This document shows, piece by piece, positions 61,479 through 64,000 of a stretch of DNA of 64,000 nucleotides. Origin of the DNA: Dehalococcoidia bacterium (GTDB lineage Bacteria; Chloroflexota; Dehalococcoidia; SM23-28-2; RBG-16-64-32); assembly GCA_963665775.2 (NCBI GenBank), contig CAXXTF010000002.1, forward strand, positions 960,001 to 1,024,000, in the 5' to 3' direction. Every line of letters starts with the position of its first letter. Positions within the stretch are counted from its first letter, which is position 1. Under the pieces are notes generated by a model. That model made no database searches. It was not told the DNA's origin and was given only the letters and a program-made list of their open reading frames with translations. Both the position numbers and the translations under genes were made by a program.

Positions 61479-62239
61479 CCGGATTCTGGCCCCTGGTACG
61501 TAAGGAGGTCCAGGAGCAGCGTCGCACCTGGAAGTTTCTGGCGCTAGTGGGCGTCTTCACTGCCTTGGCGCTACTCATCAGCATAATCCCTTTCATCGTG
61601 GCAGAAGTGAAAGGGGAGCACCAGGGGGTCGAACAGGCGCGCGACGTATTGGGTGGGTTCGGCATTTCCATCTTCACCCTCGGAACCCTCGTGACGATCA
61701 GCATCGCCATGGGCTCACTTGGAAATGAACGGTCGAGCGGAACGGCAGCCATGACACTCACCAAGCCGGTGACTCGATCGGCCTTCGTAGCCGCAAAGTT
61801 TCTGGGACTGGTGCTGGCGATATTCGCTGCCCTGGCCATCGCCTCTGTTGCCATGTACGTTCTGACCTTCATCCTGTTCGCCGACCCCCGCGCGGGGGCG
61901 AATTTCGCCGGCTTCATGGCCGTAATCTGGCTATGGTTGGTGTTTATAGGCTCAATCGCCTTCTTTTGGAGCGCTATGTTTAGCCAGCAGCTGCTGGCCG
62001 GCGGGCTGGCCCTGTTCCTGTTCGTCGCTCAGGCTCCTCTGAGTGAGATTCCAGGCACGGAGCGGTACTGGCCCGTAAACTCAATTGCTTGGGCGGGCGA
62101 CTACTTTGACCCGGATGAAGACGAGAATCCCGAGAATCCCGACAGCGGGGACTGGTGGACCGCCTTACCAATTACCGCCGGCGGCATACCCCTGCTAACC
62201 CTTGGCGCTTGGGGGGTATTTCGGCGAAAAGAGCTTTGA
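61475..62239 (+). CDS. ABC-2 type permease
   Basis: ERSSGT...LTKPVTR..FVAAKF; multiple TM segments. Confidence 0.85.
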   Translation: MTGFWPLVRKEVQEQRRTWKFLALVGVFTALALLISIIPFIVAEVKGEHQGVEQARDVLGGFGISIFTLGTLVTISIAMGSLGNERSSGTAAMTLTKPVTRSAFVAAKFLGLVLAIFAALAIASVAMYVLTFILFADPRAGANFAGFMAVIWLWLVFIGSIAFFWSAMFSQQLLAGGLALFLFVAQAPLSEIPGTERYWPVNSIAWAGDYFDPDEDENPENPDSGDWWTALPITAGGIPLLTLGAWGVFRRKEL

Positions 62240-62312
62240 AAGACTGGTTTCAATTGGAACGAGTTAGCTTTCGATGCTACGGGACCCGCTCACGGTGTAG
62301 GAATCGCGTTCG

Positions 62313-62575
62313 TCAGGGCGCCCTACGCGGCTCTTTGCCCGCGGAGCCCACCTCTACATAGCAGAAGCCATGGCCCGTGAACCGGGTTGCGGTGCTCTCT
62401 CCCGCCATCTCTGCCGCTATGTTCGCCGCCACCACGCGGGCCTGCTCGTCCGCAAACACTCCGGCCTTGGGAAGGTACATGCCGATCGGCAATCTGACAG
62501 CCGTCACGTCGCCGATGGCGAACACCCCAGAGTAGCGCGTCTGGAGGGTTGTCGGGTCAACGGGGACCCAGCCTA
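62313..62575 (-). pseudogene. Internal fragment of an SQR-like FAD oxidoreductase
   Basis: GWVPVDPTTLQT...VFAIGDV...LPKAGVFA...GFCYVEVG. Confidence 0.75.
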
Positions 62576-62847
62576 AAGCGAAGGGCGTTCCACACCGTCT
62601 CTGTTTCGGTCGTATTGATCACCAGCAGGTACTTCATGGTACCTCTCCCTTCGCGCTGGCGGGCCAGCCCCTGCAATAGAGCAAATCGACCTTCATGTTC
62701 ACCTCCATAAGTTTAGGTATACCGCTACCATGATATCCCTACGGCAAGGCTGCTGTGACCGATCCGTGACGTGTCGCTTGACGAGCCGAGGGGCGATAGC
62801 CTAATTTACGCATCGACTTCTCAACTAATTTGGGGGGTATGTCTCTT

Positions 62848-62961
62848 ATGGGCAAGATGGTCGACTGCAACAAGGCGAACCCAGCCAGCGGCTGCGGCCA
62901 CGTCGTTCGCGGCGAGACTGAGGAGGAGCTCCTGAAGAACGCGGCGGAGCGCGCGAATTGA
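62848..62961 (+). pseudogene. DUF1059-like small protein fragment
   Basis: MGKMVDC...GCGHVVRGETEEELLKNAAE, followed by an early stop. Confidence 0.55.
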
Positions 62962-63058
62962 CATGCGAGGCGATGGGGAGTATTTTCCTGCTATCACCGC
63001 GAGAGGCCTTGGATCGGCACGTGTCGCTCCCTGGCAATGGGCTAGAAGGAGATGGGTC

Positions 63059-63400
63059 ATGGGTCAGCCAGTAGTGCACTTTGAGGTACTGGGGCAGGAC
63101 GCCAAGCGTCTGCAGGAGTTCTACAGCGGGCTGTTCGGGTGGGAGATTAGCTCCGACAACCCGATTAACTACGGGATGGTGGATACCAAAGGCAAGGGCG
63201 GAATCGGCGGCGGCATAGGGCCGGCGCAGGGCCAGAACCAGTTGACCTTCTACATCCAGGTCGACGACCTACAGGCTTATCTCGATCGGATCGAGGCGGC
63301 AGGCGGCAAGACGGTCATGCCAGTCACCGAGATTCCCGACATGGTAACCTTCGCGCTCTTCGCCGACCCGGAGGGCAACGTGGTGGGCCTGGTCAAGTGA
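63059..63400 (+). CDS. VOC/glyoxalase family protein
   Basis: PVVHFEV, FYSGLFGW, YIQVDDL, FADPEGNVVGL. Confidence 0.9.
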   Translation: MGQPVVHFEVLGQDAKRLQEFYSGLFGWEISSDNPINYGMVDTKGKGGIGGGIGPAQGQNQLTFYIQVDDLQAYLDRIEAAGGKTVMPVTEIPDMVTFALFADPEGNVVGLVK

Positions 63401-63567
63401 GGAAGGCCCGTGACCGGCGCCTGGAACGGGGAGGCGCCGGCCTGAATCGGACTCCACCGGATCCACGAGGCCGCATGCCGTGTTGGTGACGCCGCACCAC
63501 CCGAGTCCGGGCAGGCGGCTCAACGCGCCTCAGGCCGTCCGAACGCCACGGAGGGATGTAAGTAGCC

Positions 63568-63897
63568 TTGCCATACGACGATAAGCTCGCCGAGCGGGTC
63601 CGTGCGGCCCTGGGAAAGCAGGAAGGGCTGACGGAGAAGAGGATGTTCGGGGGGCTCTCCTTCATGCTCCGTGGCAACATGTGCTGTGGGGTCTTGAAGG
63701 ATGACCTGGTCGTCCGGGTAGGGCCAGGCGGGTTTGAGGAGGCGCTGGCCGAACCTCACGCCCGACCGATGGACTTCACGGGCCGGCCGATGAGAGGGAT
63801 GGTATACGTGGGCCCGGGCGGGTATCGGAGTGACGACGATTTGGCGGCGTGGCTGAAACGGGCCGTCGACTTCGCCCGGTCGCTGGCCCCCAAGTAG
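63568..63897 (+). CDS. TfoX/Sxy N-terminal domain protein
   Basis: EKRMFGG..FM..GNMCCGV, MDFTGRPMRG. Confidence 0.85.
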   Translation: MPYDDKLAERVRAALGKQEGLTEKRMFGGLSFMLRGNMCCGVLKDDLVVRVGPGGFEEALAEPHARPMDFTGRPMRGMVYVGPGGYRSDDDLAAWLKRAVDFARSLAPK

Positions 63898-64000
63898 CGC
63901 TTGTGGCGTCCGGAAGATAGCGGCGGTCGGAATCGCGGTCGACTTGCACCACCCTGGCCAAGCGAAGCGAGCTGCCGAGATCCTGACCAGCCGGGATAAA

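Overview
This is a GC-rich accessory region, probably from a Chloroflexota/Dehalococcoidia-like bacterium (inferred from gene style, not proven). The left part (about 1.6-11.4 kb) is a satellite/ICE-like integrative element. It has a decayed large serine recombinase, a sigma-like regulator, a Zn-finger/Toprim primase fused to an ATPase with an octamer origin-like array inside the gene, and a ParB-DNA methyltransferase module. That module occurs three times in the window plus one remnant. The rest is a patchwork of short, unrelated transcription units: beta-propeller lipoproteins, thiolase, pirin, hydrolases, a tandem array of divergent GNAT-like paralogs, a Tes/MJ0619-like radical SAM, DUF1800/DUF1501, a tungsten AOR operon, a DUF3179 selenoprotein, ABC genes and many gene fragments. 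The most striking unexplained signal is a 20-bp imperfect palindrome, consensus RCRCTAW-(G)N5-ATMGYGK. I found it by eye 15 times, at or next to unit boundaries, including between convergent gene ends. It suggests an undescribed site-specific-recombination cassette array, pdif-like in architecture but not in sequence. All calls come from reading the sequence; no database searches were run.
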